IMG/VR virus record: IMGVR_UViG_3300020159_001814
Coordinates: 13,793-77,792 of that record
Length of the DNA stretch: 64,000 bases
Source: a virus
Strand: one strand, 5' to 3'
The notes beneath the pieces were generated by a model. The model did no database searches. It saw only the letters and a program-made list of their open reading frames with translations, and was not told the DNA's origin. Both the position numbers and the translations under genes were made by a program. Numbering within the stretch: position 1 is the stretch's first letter; the number at the start of each line of letters is the position of its first letter. Below are positions 1 through 9,641 of the stretch, in pieces.

Positions 1-894
1 TAAAGAATTGTCATTTATTTTGTTAAATAAATCTATACCAAAAACCTTATAGCATTGTAATATAGGATCTATTTCTATGTTTTCATACTTATTAAGTAAG
101 TTTCTAATTTTCGTCCCTTTTAGTTCGTGTTTTTTCATAAACCAAGTAACTATATTATTACCAAAATTTTTTATTTCTTTTTTTGGTGTATAATATGACG
201 CAAACTTTTCAAAGGCATTAGGGTACTTCACACCTGAAATTTCAAGAAATAGTTGGTAATATTTTTTTCTGATGTTATCGGAATCGGAATCAATGTTAAG
301 GTTTAGTCTTTCAATAATTCTATCTAAAAAAATATTTAAACATTTTTTAGTTAATTTTTTTTCAGAAACTATCGGATATTCATTTTGATTTTCATTTTTT
401 TCAAAGTTCTCTATTTTTCTAATTACTTCAATAGCATTGATGTCAGTTTTATTAATACTCATAACCCCACCAATCTTTCTTTTCTTTTTAAGGTTAAGTG
501 TCCCTGAATAAAATAACTTTCTTTTGAAATTAAATGTAAGGTAATCGATTACCCTTCTAACCTTAAAATACTTTTTACCGGCATCTCTTGATGATACGTA
601 GGTATAAACTTTTAATGCAATCTTACTCTCGTTTTCTTCAATAACAAGAGTTCTTTTTACCATAAATGTAGATGCTAAGGGATTTCCATAGTTTTTAACA
701 AAACTTTCTTCCCCTTCTTCTTTTTTTAAGAATTTAAATTTACCTTGTTTAGGTATATGTTCGGTAGGATAGATACCAAATAAATCATCATCTTCTTCGT
801 AGTCTTTTTTAGTTACTATTTCATTAAAATCTTGGTGGATGTCGGTATCGTACTTTTTAATTTCGTCCTTAAATAGGACAGTCATATCTGACAT
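1..894 (-). CDS. Hypothetical protein, 3'-truncated by the window edge (absent from ORF track)
   Basis: ATG at 894 (MSDMTVLFKDEIKKYDTDIHQDF...); frame stays open to position 1. Confidence 0.75.
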   Translation of the reverse strand, partial: MSDMTVLFKDEIKKYDTDIHQDFNEIVTKKDYEEDDDLFGIYPTEHIPKQGKFKFLKKEEGEESFVKNYGNPLASTFMVKRTLVIEENESKIALKVYTYVSSRDAGKKYFKVRRVIDYLTFNFKRKLFYSGTLNLKKKRKIGGVMSINKTDINAIEVIRKIENFEKNENQNEYPIVSEKKLTKKCLNIFLDRIIERLNLNIDSDSDNIRKKYYQLFLEISGVKYPNAFEKFASYYTPKKEIKNFGNNIVTWFMKKHELKGTKIRNLLNKYENIEIDPILQCYKVFGIDLFNKINDNSL

Positions 895-915
895 AAAATA
901 ACTTATTAATGATTA

Positions 916-1200
916 CTAATTCAAACAAATTAAACCCATACTATGCTCCATAAATGGCAGTTTTTTCAACTTTTTTTCGCTAATAGCTTTTCCACCATTC
1001 ATTTCGACAAGAACGTCTAACACTTGATTTCTTGTTGGTTCTATAGGTTTTTCTTCTGCGTTATTTTTTTCCGCAATTTCCCTAATTTTATCGTAAAACA
1101 TTTCAGGATTAATATTACCTATTAGTGTTTTCAATTGATCAGGGTTTTTTTCAAAGAACCCCTTGAACTGATTCATATAAATTTCAACTTCTAAACTCAT
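916..1200 (-). CDS. Hypothetical protein
   Basis: ORF track 916..1206 starts at TTG; ATG at 1200 preferred; TTTG-N19-TATTTTTG promoter upstream. Confidence 0.7.
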   Translation of the reverse strand: MSLEVEIYMNQFKGFFEKNPDQLKTLIGNINPEMFYDKIREIAEKNNAEEKPIEPTRNQVLDVLVEMNGGKAISEKKLKKLPFMEHSMGLICLN

Positions 1201-1223
1201 TCCCAAAACTTTTAAATTTTATA

Positions 1224-1254
1224 CAAAAATACTAAATATTTTGGTTATAACAAA
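1224..1254 (-). promoter_or_regulatory. Bacteroidota-type sigma70 promoter (-33 TTTG / -7 TAnnTTTG)
   Basis: Minus strand TTTG(1254-1251), 19-nt spacer, TATTTTTG(1231-1224). Confidence 0.65.
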
Positions 1255-1259
1255 TAACC

Positions 1260-2627
1260 TTAAGCAAATAAATGGAAGTTGTCGTCTGATTCCATTTTTT
1301 GTTTTAATTCATCAGGAATCACTGAGTTTGGATTACTTCCTTTTAAATTAAGAACCGTTAATTTAGGTAGATTTGCCAAACAACCTGGTAAAGTTTTCAA
1401 ACCTGGATTATCAGGTAATGAAAGGAATTGTAATTTTTCAAGATTACATATTGATTTTGGTAAATCTCCAACACAACCAACTAAGTGTAGTGCTGTTAAG
1501 TTTTTAAATTTACCGATAGAATCAGGGATGTTTAATGAAAGTTCAGCACCACCTTTTTTAGTGAACTCAAGTCTTTCAATGTTTTCAGGTAATGTATCGA
1601 AGAACTCATCAAACCCATAAAGTGCAATAAATTTAGATGCCGAATCGCCAGGGTAGTTAACAGATACTTTTGTCCCACCTTTAGATGCTAATCCACCCAT
1701 AAACTCAGGTTTAAAGTATTCTTTAAGTCCAGGTTCTTGTTGATTTAAGAATTCAACTAAGTCGATATTTCTATCGTCAGGTGTCATAAACTGATTAGAC
1801 GGGAAATGGAATTGTATCCTGTAAGCCGGAAGTCCTGATTTTTGACCTATTTCATCACTACCTGTAAATTTACGAGGTGAGTTAGGAATAACAACATATA
1901 AAGGACCATCTTTAATGTATCTGTCAAACCAAGTTAAACCAGGTGATGATGTACACCATCTTGTTTCGCCTTTTTGTGGCTCCAAATAGTATCCACCATA
2001 GAAACAAGCGGCGTCCTTACCTAATTGACCTTGATCTGAAATACGAGCCACAGTCCAATCAGAACCTCTATAAACTATGTCAGCCCCTGGGTGTTGGTAT
2101 GTTTTTGATGCTTCTTTCTTTTCATCTGCAGTTGCCTTAGTTTTTTCTAAACTGAAATCTTTTACTTGATCATAAAGTGTTTCAGGTGTTAACTTATTAA
2201 TATCTCTATATTCTTGAGGTAATCTATTTTTAAATCTTTCAAACTTCATTAAGTCACCTGTTACTTTGTACAAGTCTTCTAAAAATAATGCTTGATATTC
2301 TTTAATTGCTTGTTTAACCGCCGGACTATTAGGATCCGTAATACCACTACCTGAATAAATATTTGGTGTTGTAAAGTTTTTAAGTATCCATTGGGTGTAT
2401 TTTCCAATTTTAACTTTTTCCATATCTTCGGGTTTAGCATTTCCTGCATCCATTCCTTCAGGAACTCTTGATGTTGGGTCAGCTGCGATGATATCAAATA
2501 ATATTTGAAAAGGCATCATACCCTTTCTGGTTTCTTTATTTGGTTTCACATATTTGTCAAAAAGGACTTGAAATCTTGAACTTTCAATAATCAAATCTCT
2601 TAGGATGTTTGTAAATCTAATAGCCAT
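1260..2627 (-). CDS. Phage protein with C-terminal leucine-rich repeats
   Basis: C-terminal LRRs (IPDSIGKFKNLTALHL, LPKSICNLEKLQFLSL, LPGCLANLPKLTVLNL); central ACFYG...TRWCT motif. Confidence 0.75.
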   Translation of the reverse strand: MAIRFTNILRDLIIESSRFQVLFDKYVKPNKETRKGMMPFQILFDIIAADPTSRVPEGMDAGNAKPEDMEKVKIGKYTQWILKNFTTPNIYSGSGITDPNSPAVKQAIKEYQALFLEDLYKVTGDLMKFERFKNRLPQEYRDINKLTPETLYDQVKDFSLEKTKATADEKKEASKTYQHPGADIVYRGSDWTVARISDQGQLGKDAACFYGGYYLEPQKGETRWCTSSPGLTWFDRYIKDGPLYVVIPNSPRKFTGSDEIGQKSGLPAYRIQFHFPSNQFMTPDDRNIDLVEFLNQQEPGLKEYFKPEFMGGLASKGGTKVSVNYPGDSASKFIALYGFDEFFDTLPENIERLEFTKKGGAELSLNIPDSIGKFKNLTALHLVGCVGDLPKSICNLEKLQFLSLPDNPGLKTLPGCLANLPKLTVLNLKGSNPNSVIPDELKQKMESDDNFHLFA

Positions 2628-2674
2628 TTTAAAATTGTTTTATTAATAAATATCACAAATATAAGAAAAATGTT

Positions 2675-3514
2675 TTAATAATTCATAATCAACAATTCTT
2701 CACCCATATTTTGTTTTGTTCCCTTCTTTGCTGCGGCAGCTTTTGCAAATTCTTTTTTAACCCACGTATACTGTTCTTCAGGAAACCATTCATGAAGTAA
2801 TTCAAAATCATAATAAGATAAACTAAACTTACCTTTAACTTCTTTTAATGTATTTGCAAGTCTTTCGTGGTCTTGTCTATCAAAATCGTGATTGGAGTAA
2901 TAGTTTTCTGTTTTCCAATATGGTGGATCTAAATAGATATATGTTGTTGGTGAGTCGTACTTTTTAATAACATCGGCAAAATCCATATTTTCAACTTCAG
3001 TTATTTTTAAAAAGTGTTCAATCCAATCCGGTTTAGATAACTTATCTCTAAATGTAAGATATTTTGATTTATATTTACCCTTCAAGTCAATAAACGAACT
3101 TGTTTCAGGTTTAGACCCACTAAATACTTGTGTTAGTACGTAAACGTATTTAGCCGCCACTTCATAATCGCCAGGTTCTACGCTGAAACCCTCATTAAAA
3201 ATTTCAGCCTGAAACCTTACAAACTGTTCTTTGTATATTGGTGGTGTCGGTTCCTCACCAAACTTCTGACAATCAATCGCGTTAATTGCCTTCAATAATT
3301 CACTTGGGTTTTGTACACACTTAAATAGATTATAATTTAGTGGATTAAAGTCGTTGTAAACAACTTTCTTTAGGTTAGGGAACTCTTTTAAGTCCATATT
3401 AAAGAAACACCAAAACATCCCACCAAATGTTTCAACATATGTTTCCATATCTTTATCGTAGAAAGGGACTATCCACTTTCCGATTTTACTTTTACCACCA
3501 ATATAACTTAACAT
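2675..3514 (-). CDS. dam: DNA adenine methyltransferase (Dam/D12 class)
   Basis: N-terminal YIGGKS, motif I variant ETFGG, VYND, catalytic DPPY. Confidence 0.85.
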   Translation of the reverse strand: MLSYIGGKSKIGKWIVPFYDKDMETYVETFGGMFWCFFNMDLKEFPNLKKVVYNDFNPLNYNLFKCVQNPSELLKAINAIDCQKFGEEPTPPIYKEQFVRFQAEIFNEGFSVEPGDYEVAAKYVYVLTQVFSGSKPETSSFIDLKGKYKSKYLTFRDKLSKPDWIEHFLKITEVENMDFADVIKKYDSPTTYIYLDPPYWKTENYYSNHDFDRQDHERLANTLKEVKGKFSLSYYDFELLHEWFPEEQYTWVKKEFAKAAAAKKGTKQNMGEELLIMNY

Positions 3515-3572
3515 AACAAAATATAGTATTTTAAATATTTATTTTCAAATAGAAGTTTATTAAAATATAACC

Positions 3573-3728
3573 ATGGAAGAAAAAAAAGCAACACAAGTAA
3601 CAGGATGTAACACATGTAAAGGTGTTAGTAAAAAACAATATAGTATGATTGTTTTAGGATTTTATATTTTAGGTACTTCAGTTTATGGAACTGTAGAATT
3701 AATAAAATATATCGCTACTTTGTTTTAA
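3573..3728 (+). CDS. Small membrane protein with CxxC (absent from ORF track)
   Basis: Hand translation [51 protein letters not shown] (51 aa); fills the dam-dnaJ gap. Confidence 0.6.
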   Translation: MEEKKATQVTGCNTCKGVSKKQYSMIVLGFYILGTSVYGTVELIKYIATLF

Positions 3729-4691
3729 AACATCTTTTATTTTATTTTTCAACACGGGATCTAAGTTACTAGTCTTATCTACAATTATTTTAACGTAGAA
3801 GTTACCAACCCCCCTATCTGTCTTATAGCCTTTATTTAGTATTCTTAAAGGTTTGTTTGTATCTAATTTTTCAGGTACCGTTAAAACTAAATCACCATCA
3901 GGGTGTTTAACTTCAAACTTATCCTCCAATAAAAGTTCCAAAGGTGAAACTTTTTTACTGTAAATTAAATCAAAACCAATTTTTTCATAATTATCAGCAG
4001 GGTTACACACAACTTTTAATATCAAATCACCGTGTCCTATTTTATGGTAATAATCACCTTTATTTTTTAGTTTTAAAAAGTCACCATTATCAACATTGGC
4101 AGGTATTTTAACATTAATTTTTATATCTTCTAATTTTGTACCAGACCCATCACATACTTTACAAGGATTAACAATAACACTTCCATTACCTTTACAATTA
4201 CCACAGGTTGTTTGAAAATGTTGTTTGAACATACCAGTACCAACCACTTGTGTTATTACACCACGGCCATTACAAGTATTACAAGTACCTCTTTTACCAC
4301 CATCACCATTACATCCACCACACATATTATGGTTTGTAACATATAATTCTTTATCTACACCAAAATACGATTCGATAGGGGTTATATGAAGGTCATATGT
4401 TTTATCAGGAGCCTTTGGTCTTCTTATTCCATTCATCATTTCTTCAAACACACTATGAACATCAAATCCACCATTAAAAGATCCAAAAGGGTTTTTTCTT
4501 TGGTTGTCGTAATTATTCTTTTTCCCGTCATCACCTAAAATATCGTAAGCTTCTGAAATGTCTTTAAATTTTTCTTCACCATCAGGGTTTACATCTGGGT
4601 GATATTGTTTACTTAATTTTCTATATGCTTTTTTTATGTCTTCTTGGGATGCATTTTCATTAACGCCTAATATATCGTAATAATTCTTCAT
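3699..4691 (-). CDS. dnaJ: DnaJ (Hsp40) chaperone, class A-like
   Basis: [11 protein letters not shown]-domain with HPD, four CxxCxGxG zinc-finger repeats and C-terminal domain; start moved to ATG at 4691. Confidence 0.92.
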   Translation of the reverse strand: MKNYYDILGVNENASQEDIKKAYRKLSKQYHPDVNPDGEEKFKDISEAYDILGDDGKKNNYDNQRKNPFGSFNGGFDVHSVFEEMMNGIRRPKAPDKTYDLHITPIESYFGVDKELYVTNHNMCGGCNGDGGKRGTCNTCNGRGVITQVVGTGMFKQHFQTTCGNCKGNGSVIVNPCKVCDGSGTKLEDIKINVKIPANVDNGDFLKLKNKGDYYHKIGHGDLILKVVCNPADNYEKIGFDLIYSKKVSPLELLLEDKFEVKHPDGDLVLTVPEKLDTNKPLRILNKGYKTDRGVGNFYVKIIVDKTSNLDPVLKNKIKDVLKQSSDIFY

Positions 4692-5334
4692 GGATAATAA
4701 ATTTTTAATAATCTTATTTAAGAATAAGAAAAAACGTAAAATAATCAAACGTTATTCAACAGAATCTATCGCTAAAAGTAAATTTAAAGAATTACTATCT
4801 ACCAATGAAAAAATATTATTTGATAAGGAAGTTGAAAATGCAACTCCGTGTAATTACGAATTAGCTCTATTAACTAACACAACTAACATACAAAAAAGTC
4901 TTTTTATAACCGATGAATTAGGTAGAAATAACCCGGTAAATTTAGAAAACCCTGATTACGTTTTTTTAGATATTAAAAGATATAAAATAGAAGAAACTAT
5001 ATTTGACTGGCAACAACAAAAAAAAATAACAATAGACCAACTACTTAAAAAATATTGTAAGATTAACCAATTAAAAAGTGTATTCACCCTACATAACAAA
5101 TTATGTATTCAAGTTGATTTGGACGTTTCTATTTTTTCACTAAAAGATAGTCTTGAATCTGAAAGGTTAATAGAAGTTTTACAAAAATATTTTATGGAAA
5201 ATAATAGAATGGATGCCATTTTTGTGAAGGACGTGTCGTCAGCACAAAGAAAATGGATATATAACTTATTAGAAGAAAAAGGTTTTGATAAAAAAAGATT
5301 ATATAGGTTAAAAACTACTTTTTCAAAAAGGTAA
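4690..5334 (+). CDS. Hypothetical protein
   Basis: 214-aa ORF filling the region with no competing long minus-strand ORF. Confidence 0.7.
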   Translation: MDNKFLIILFKNKKKRKIIKRYSTESIAKSKFKELLSTNEKILFDKEVENATPCNYELALLTNTTNIQKSLFITDELGRNNPVNLENPDYVFLDIKRYKIEETIFDWQQQKKITIDQLLKKYCKINQLKSVFTLHNKLCIQVDLDVSIFSLKDSLESERLIEVLQKYFMENNRMDAIFVKDVSSAQRKWIYNLLEEKGFDKKRLYRLKTTFSKR

Positions 5335-5536
5335 AATTAATGGATCCAATAGATATGACACAGTTAGTACTATTAGGTTGATTATTTAAATTTAACATTA
5401 GATTGTTAAATGTTTGTTCGTTAAGTTTAACTTTAATTTCAACTTCCCCTTCACTAATAAAAGTATTTTCAAGTAATTCTACAGATTCAGCTAATTTTGC
5501 TAATTGATCCCTAAAGTTTTCAATATTCTTTGCCAT
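5315..5536 (-). CDS. Hypothetical protein
   Basis: 73-aa ORF in a tightly overlapping series. Confidence 0.6.
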   Translation of the reverse strand: MAKNIENFRDQLAKLAESVELLENTFISEGEVEIKVKLNEQTFNNLMLNLNNQPNSTNCVISIGSINFTFLKK

Positions 5537-5712
5537 ATCGTATATTTTACCTCAACCACAGGTGTATTTTTTATGTCTTTTTGGGTAAATTTTTTTATAT
5601 CTTTAGAAATTTGTTTTTTGTAAATTTCATTAGATACTTCGCTTATTTTAAGCTCATCTTCCAACATATTAAGCTGTTTTTGAAGATCCGCTATCGATTT
5701 CTGTTGTTTCAT
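5500..5712 (-). CDS. Hypothetical protein
   Basis: 70-aa ORF with coiled-coil-like N-terminus. Confidence 0.6.
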   Translation of the reverse strand: MKQQKSIADLQKQLNMLEDELKISEVSNEIYKKQISKDIKKFTQKDIKNTPVVEVKYTIWQRILKTLGIN

Positions 5713-6094
5713 TTTCTAAAAGTTTTGTAAGTTCTTCCATGTCAAATTTTAAACCTTTAAGGTTTTCCAATTTTTCTTTTTCAAAAATGTTTTTTAATTC
5801 TTGTACTTTAGATTTGAATAATCTTTCTTTTTCCTCCCTTTCGATGTTTGTCTTAATAACAGAATCCATCGTATTTTCTAATATATCTATAAATTCTTTT
5901 TTATTTTCACATACAAATGAAGTTACCATTTGACCGTCTTGAGACTCGTTTTGTAATATCTCCAACCCGTTAGGTGATTTTTTAAGTGTAACCCAACTTG
6001 ACGGGAAAACCATATCAAAACTAATATAGTTTTTAAGTATCCTAACCGATTTAAGGTACTTTGTAGTTTTGTCTATAAATTGACTAAAGATCAT
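5669..6094 (-). CDS. Hypothetical protein
   Basis: 141-aa ORF in operon. Confidence 0.7.
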   Translation of the reverse strand: MIFSQFIDKTTKYLKSVRILKNYISFDMVFPSSWVTLKKSPNGLEILQNESQDGQMVTSFVCENKKEFIDILENTMDSVIKTNIEREEKERLFKSKVQELKNIFEKEKLENLKGLKFDMEELTKLLENETTEIDSGSSKTA

Positions 6095-6095
6095 A

Positions 6096-6284
6096 TTAAA
6101 AATGTATTAAATATGTTATTATATATGATAAAAAAATACCGTATATCGCCACTTCGTGAACCATTAATTCAAACGGTTTTGGTGGTGTTGACAATAATGC
6201 CCTTAAAAAATTAAATACTAATCTTATAAGGGCCATTATTGAAAATAAAAAAAGAAATGTTAAAACTGGTATAATAAATGACAT
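6096..6284 (-). CDS. Small two-TM membrane protein
   Basis: Two hydrophobic segments in 62 aa. Confidence 0.65.
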   Translation of the reverse strand: MSFIIPVLTFLFLFSIMALIRLVFNFLRALLSTPPKPFELMVHEVAIYGIFLSYIITYLIHF

Positions 6285-6285
6285 T

Positions 6286-6462
6286 TTATTTTTCTTCTTT
6301 TGTGTGATTTAAAATCTCAGTTCTTAATGTTTGCATAAGTGCTTTAACTTCTTGAGCTGTTTTTCTTGCTCTAGTACCTGCAGACTTATTCCCACTGTAA
6401 AATTTAGTAGTATCCAAAGATAACGTTTCTACTAATGTTTTAATTTGTTCTAATGTTTCCAT
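6286..6462 (-). CDS. Histone H1-like protein, Hc1 family (absent from ORF track)
   Basis: Hand translation METLEQIKTLVETLSLDTTKFYSGNKSAGTRARKTAQEVKALMQTLRTEILNHTKEEK*; GNKxAGTRARK is the Hc1-like signature. Confidence 0.85.
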   Translation of the reverse strand: METLEQIKTLVETLSLDTTKFYSGNKSAGTRARKTAQEVKALMQTLRTEILNHTKEEK

Positions 6463-6523
6463 TTTTTAAAAAATTAAGTTTATTTTTATTAATATTATTA
6501 TTTAATATTTTATTGTAAATAAT

Positions 6524-7012
6524 TTAAATAACATTTAAAGACCTTTCTAAAACTTTATATATGTCTGTAAAAATTTCAATATCTGATTTTGTTTTTTTAT
6601 ATTTTCGATCAAAAAGTGTTTCAAAAAATATATCAATACCATCTTTTAAATTTTTATCCGAATGGTTATAAAATATATCAAAAAAGAATTCCTTAAAAAA
6701 AACACTGTCAGATTCATTAAAAATAAAATCAATATTTTCCTTATTAAAGTTATCTATTGTTTTTTTCCAACACCATTCAAAATGATTGTTTTTTTGCTCT
6801 ACAGTCATTCCTACTTTTGTTTCATTATTTTCAGAAAAATCATCACCAAGATAAGTTTCTTTTAAAAGACTTAAAAAAGAAAGACAAAAATCCCTAAAAA
6901 GTTCAGTAAGTTCCGGTATTATATTATTGGCCAAATACCAAGCATTGATATCTTCTTGATTCATTGGTTTTGCTAACCAATCAAAAAAACGACCCATGTT
7001 ATTATCATTCAT
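6524..7012 (-). CDS. Hypothetical protein
   Basis: 162-aa ORF; alternative in-frame ATG at 6997. Confidence 0.75.
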   Translation of the reverse strand: MNDNNMGRFFDWLAKPMNQEDINAWYLANNIIPELTELFRDFCLSFLSLLKETYLGDDFSENNETKVGMTVEQKNNHFEWCWKKTIDNFNKENIDFIFNESDSVFFKEFFFDIFYNHSDKNLKDGIDIFFETLFDRKYKKTKSDIEIFTDIYKVLERSLNVI

Positions 7013-7036
7013 AATAGTATAATAATAACATGGGTC
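6991..7036. repeat. Perfect 15-bp inverted repeat (16-nt loop) over the start of the 6524..7012 gene
   Basis: GACCCATGTTATTAT (6991-7005) / ATAATAACATGGGTC (7022-7036). Confidence 0.85.
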
Positions 7037-7057
7037 ATCCCAAAACGAAAGTGTTTT

Positions 7058-8446
7058 TTATTGTGTTTTTTGAGTATAACCTATTAAATTTTTCATTTTT
7101 TCTATTTCGGTTATAACTTTTTTATCTTCTACAGATTCTAATTTCATTAAAATCTTCGATGCTTTATCGGCATTTTCACCGGCTTCATCATTTACTGGTT
7201 GTGGTGCTTTGTTGTAAGCCTTTTTCTTGATTTGACCTAATAAGTTGTCTTTTCTTATTTTATTTCTTCTTTCACCAACTTCAGTTTCTACTGCGTTTGC
7301 CCACTCAGGGTTATTTCCTGTTCTAGATGAACCAACTAAATTATCTTCAACCCATTTTTCATTAGGTTTTATATCATCATAATCAATATTTTCTAAAGCC
7401 GCTGCTGTGAAATTTTCAACATATTCTTCAACCGCAGAAGACGGTATATACGCCTTCTTACCCATTTTACCAAGCTCACCATTACCTTTAGGAAAATGTT
7501 TAGGGTTCATTTCATATTCACCTTTAGAAGCGTCCTTAAGATAATTTTTCATTTTTTTAACAACACTATCAACATATTTATCATTTTCTGATTTTGATTT
7601 TGATTGTGCCGATTTAGTTGTTGATTTAGCGGATTCTGATTTTTTTGTTTTTTTACTTTTTTCTTCTAAAACAATATTTTGTATAATATCTACCATATCG
7701 TTTTCTGTAAAAATGAATTTTTCGCCAGTAGACTCATCAAGATGTAATTCATACATTTCATCTTCTTTAGTTTCTTTCTTTTTACCATTAAGTTTAACAC
7801 CTCTACCCATTAAAACATCTTTTCTTGTTACTTTTCCATCACCACTTAAATCAGGAAACTTCTTACCTTCTTTTGTTTCTGTTTTTTTACCTTTTCTAAG
7901 TAGTTTAAAATCTTCAGAGTCTATTTTATTATTTTTGTTTCTATCAATTCTTTTTTGGTTACCTTTTAACCCTTCACCAATTTCAGCATCCCCGCGGTTT
8001 CTACCAAAATTACGTTTCATTAGGTTCATTCTCTTTTCCGCAAATCCTGGTTTTGTTGGGAAATCTTCATCTTTATCTTCGTCACCTCTAAGAAGTTTCT
8101 CAATTTCGTCATTAGACATTTTTTTAGGGAATCTTTTTTTACCGAATTTTGGGTGTCCGTCATCCATACCACCTAATTCTTGGATTTCAGTTTCGTACAT
8201 ATTTCCACATTCCATACATTCGCCTTCCATCATTTTTCCACCACATTCAGAACACATTTGTCCTTCCATCATTGGTGATGAACCGCATTCCATACATTCG
8301 CCTTCGTACATCTTACCACCACATTCAGAACATTCTTGTTTTTTCATGTTTTTGTTTTCAAAAATTTTATTTTTTAAATTATTAACTTTACCTGAAATTT
8401 CTTCAGATAAAACTTTGTTCACTATTCTAAATATTTCTTTGTTCAT
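7058..8446 (-). CDS. Charged, low-complexity protein with CxxC repeats and EF-hand-like loops; possible head-internal/scaffold-type protein
   Basis: Two CSECGGKMxEGECMECG repeats; DRNKNNKIDSEDF and DLSGDGKVTRKDVL loops; K/E-rich. Confidence 0.65.
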   Translation of the reverse strand: MNKEIFRIVNKVLSEEISGKVNNLKNKIFENKNMKKQECSECGGKMYEGECMECGSSPMMEGQMCSECGGKMMEGECMECGNMYETEIQELGGMDDGHPKFGKKRFPKKMSNDEIEKLLRGDEDKDEDFPTKPGFAEKRMNLMKRNFGRNRGDAEIGEGLKGNQKRIDRNKNNKIDSEDFKLLRKGKKTETKEGKKFPDLSGDGKVTRKDVLMGRGVKLNGKKKETKEDEMYELHLDESTGEKFIFTENDMVDIIQNIVLEEKSKKTKKSESAKSTTKSAQSKSKSENDKYVDSVVKKMKNYLKDASKGEYEMNPKHFPKGNGELGKMGKKAYIPSSAVEEYVENFTAAALENIDYDDIKPNEKWVEDNLVGSSRTGNNPEWANAVETEVGERRNKIRKDNLLGQIKKKAYNKAPQPVNDEAGENADKASKILMKLESVEDKKVITEIEKMKNLIGYTQKTQ

Positions 8447-8467
8447 ACTGTATAAATATCAAGTTAT

Positions 8468-8968
8468 TTATAAATTATCATCTATCTTGGATAATATGAT
8501 ATTTTTTATTTCATTAACACTAAGTCCTGTCTTTAAGGAAACGTTTAATATTGCTTCATTCAGTGGTGATAGATTTCTATTTTCTTTCTGTAATGACTTT
8601 TTGTATTTGACCGCCCCTGTATTTCCTTGGTTACAATAAGGAAAGGTTTTACATTTTTCTTTTACTTCAACAAAAGAACCACCAGGTATTTGTGATTTTT
8701 TCCAAGATCTTCCCTTACCTTTAGTTGTGCTTCCCTTCATACTTATATCTTCAAAACTATTAGCGTCGTATGCACCCATAGATGAAGAATCAGTTGCTTC
8801 AGTGAATTCACCTTCCATTCTTTTGTATTCTGACTTAGCTTCTTCATCCTCAGACCACATTGAAAATGCGGGTGCCGAAATGCCGTTTCCAGCGGAAGCC
8901 GCTCCTGTTGCTTCGGTAGCTTCTTTAAACGCTTCACTAATGTACTTATGTAATAATTCCTTATCCAT
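8468..8968 (-). CDS. Hypothetical protein
   Basis: 166-aa ORF containing KCKTFPYCNQG. Confidence 0.7.
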   Translation of the reverse strand: MDKELLHKYISEAFKEATEATGAASAGNGISAPAFSMWSEDEEAKSEYKRMEGEFTEATDSSSMGAYDANSFEDISMKGSTTKGKGRSWKKSQIPGGSFVEVKEKCKTFPYCNQGNTGAVKYKKSLQKENRNLSPLNEAILNVSLKTGLSVNEIKNIILSKIDDNL

Positions 8969-8971
8969 TTA

Positions 8972-9223
8972 CTAATTTTTTAAACTTTTTAGTCTACCTT
9001 CCCAATGGGTCCTTCCTGTCCAAAGCATGTAATAAAATTCATGAAATAATTTAACTATAACATCGTTAATATCACCCCTAAGATTACCTTTCTTAATTTC
9101 GTTTCTTAGTTTATCAATTATGATTTTTTCAAATTTTTCGGTAGTTGTAGCCCCTAAGAAATCTTTTATTTCTTTTCTAACTATCCCTTCAATTTCTTTC
9201 TTATCTGCAGAAGTTAACGACAT
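8972..9223 (-). CDS. Hypothetical protein
   Basis: 83-aa ORF with overlapping stop/start coupling. Confidence 0.7.
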   Translation of the reverse strand: MSLTSADKKEIEGIVRKEIKDFLGATTTEKFEKIIIDKLRNEIKKGNLRGDINDVIVKLFHEFYYMLWTGRTHWEGRLKSLKN

Positions 9224-9639
9224 TATTTAAATACTAAAATATAGGTTAATGCTCCAACAATGGTGCCGGATACTATTTCAATAATAGTATTTTTAGTTTT
9301 AGTTTTTTTAATATCTTCTCTTAGGTTTGTATTGTCTTCTTCAACTAACTTAATCTTTTCTTCTGAGTCTCTAATAATAATTTGGTTGCTGCTATCTTTT
9401 TGTTCCAAAAATTTAATAACCCCCTCTTCTTTGGTTACTTTATTTTCAAGTTCTTGTATCTGTTTACTGTCCAATAACGATTGTTTTTTTAACTTATCTA
9501 ATTCGTTCAAATCTAATAATATCTGTTTTCCTACGTTAACGGGAAAACAAATTGTTGTTGTGTCTTCTTTTTGTGGTTTTGTTTGTCCAAACCCAACAAA
9601 TGAAAACAATAAGAATGTTATTAAAATAATTTTTTTCAT
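9223..9639 (-). CDS. Secreted coiled-coil protein with C-terminal TM (spanin-like candidate)
   Basis: Signal peptide MKKIILITFLLFSFVGFG|Q, coiled coil, C-terminal hydrophobic helix. Confidence 0.55.
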   Translation of the reverse strand: MKKIILITFLLFSFVGFGQTKPQKEDTTTICFPVNVGKQILLDLNELDKLKKQSLLDSKQIQELENKVTKEEGVIKFLEQKDSSNQIIIRDSEEKIKLVEEDNTNLREDIKKTKTKNTIIEIVSGTIVGALTYILVFK

Positions 9640-9641
9640 AA

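Noticed and set aside
7713-8639. 308-aa plus-strand ORF
   Set aside because: Antisense shadow of the K/E-rich 7058..8446 gene; S/F/L/P-rich composition is what the reverse frame produces
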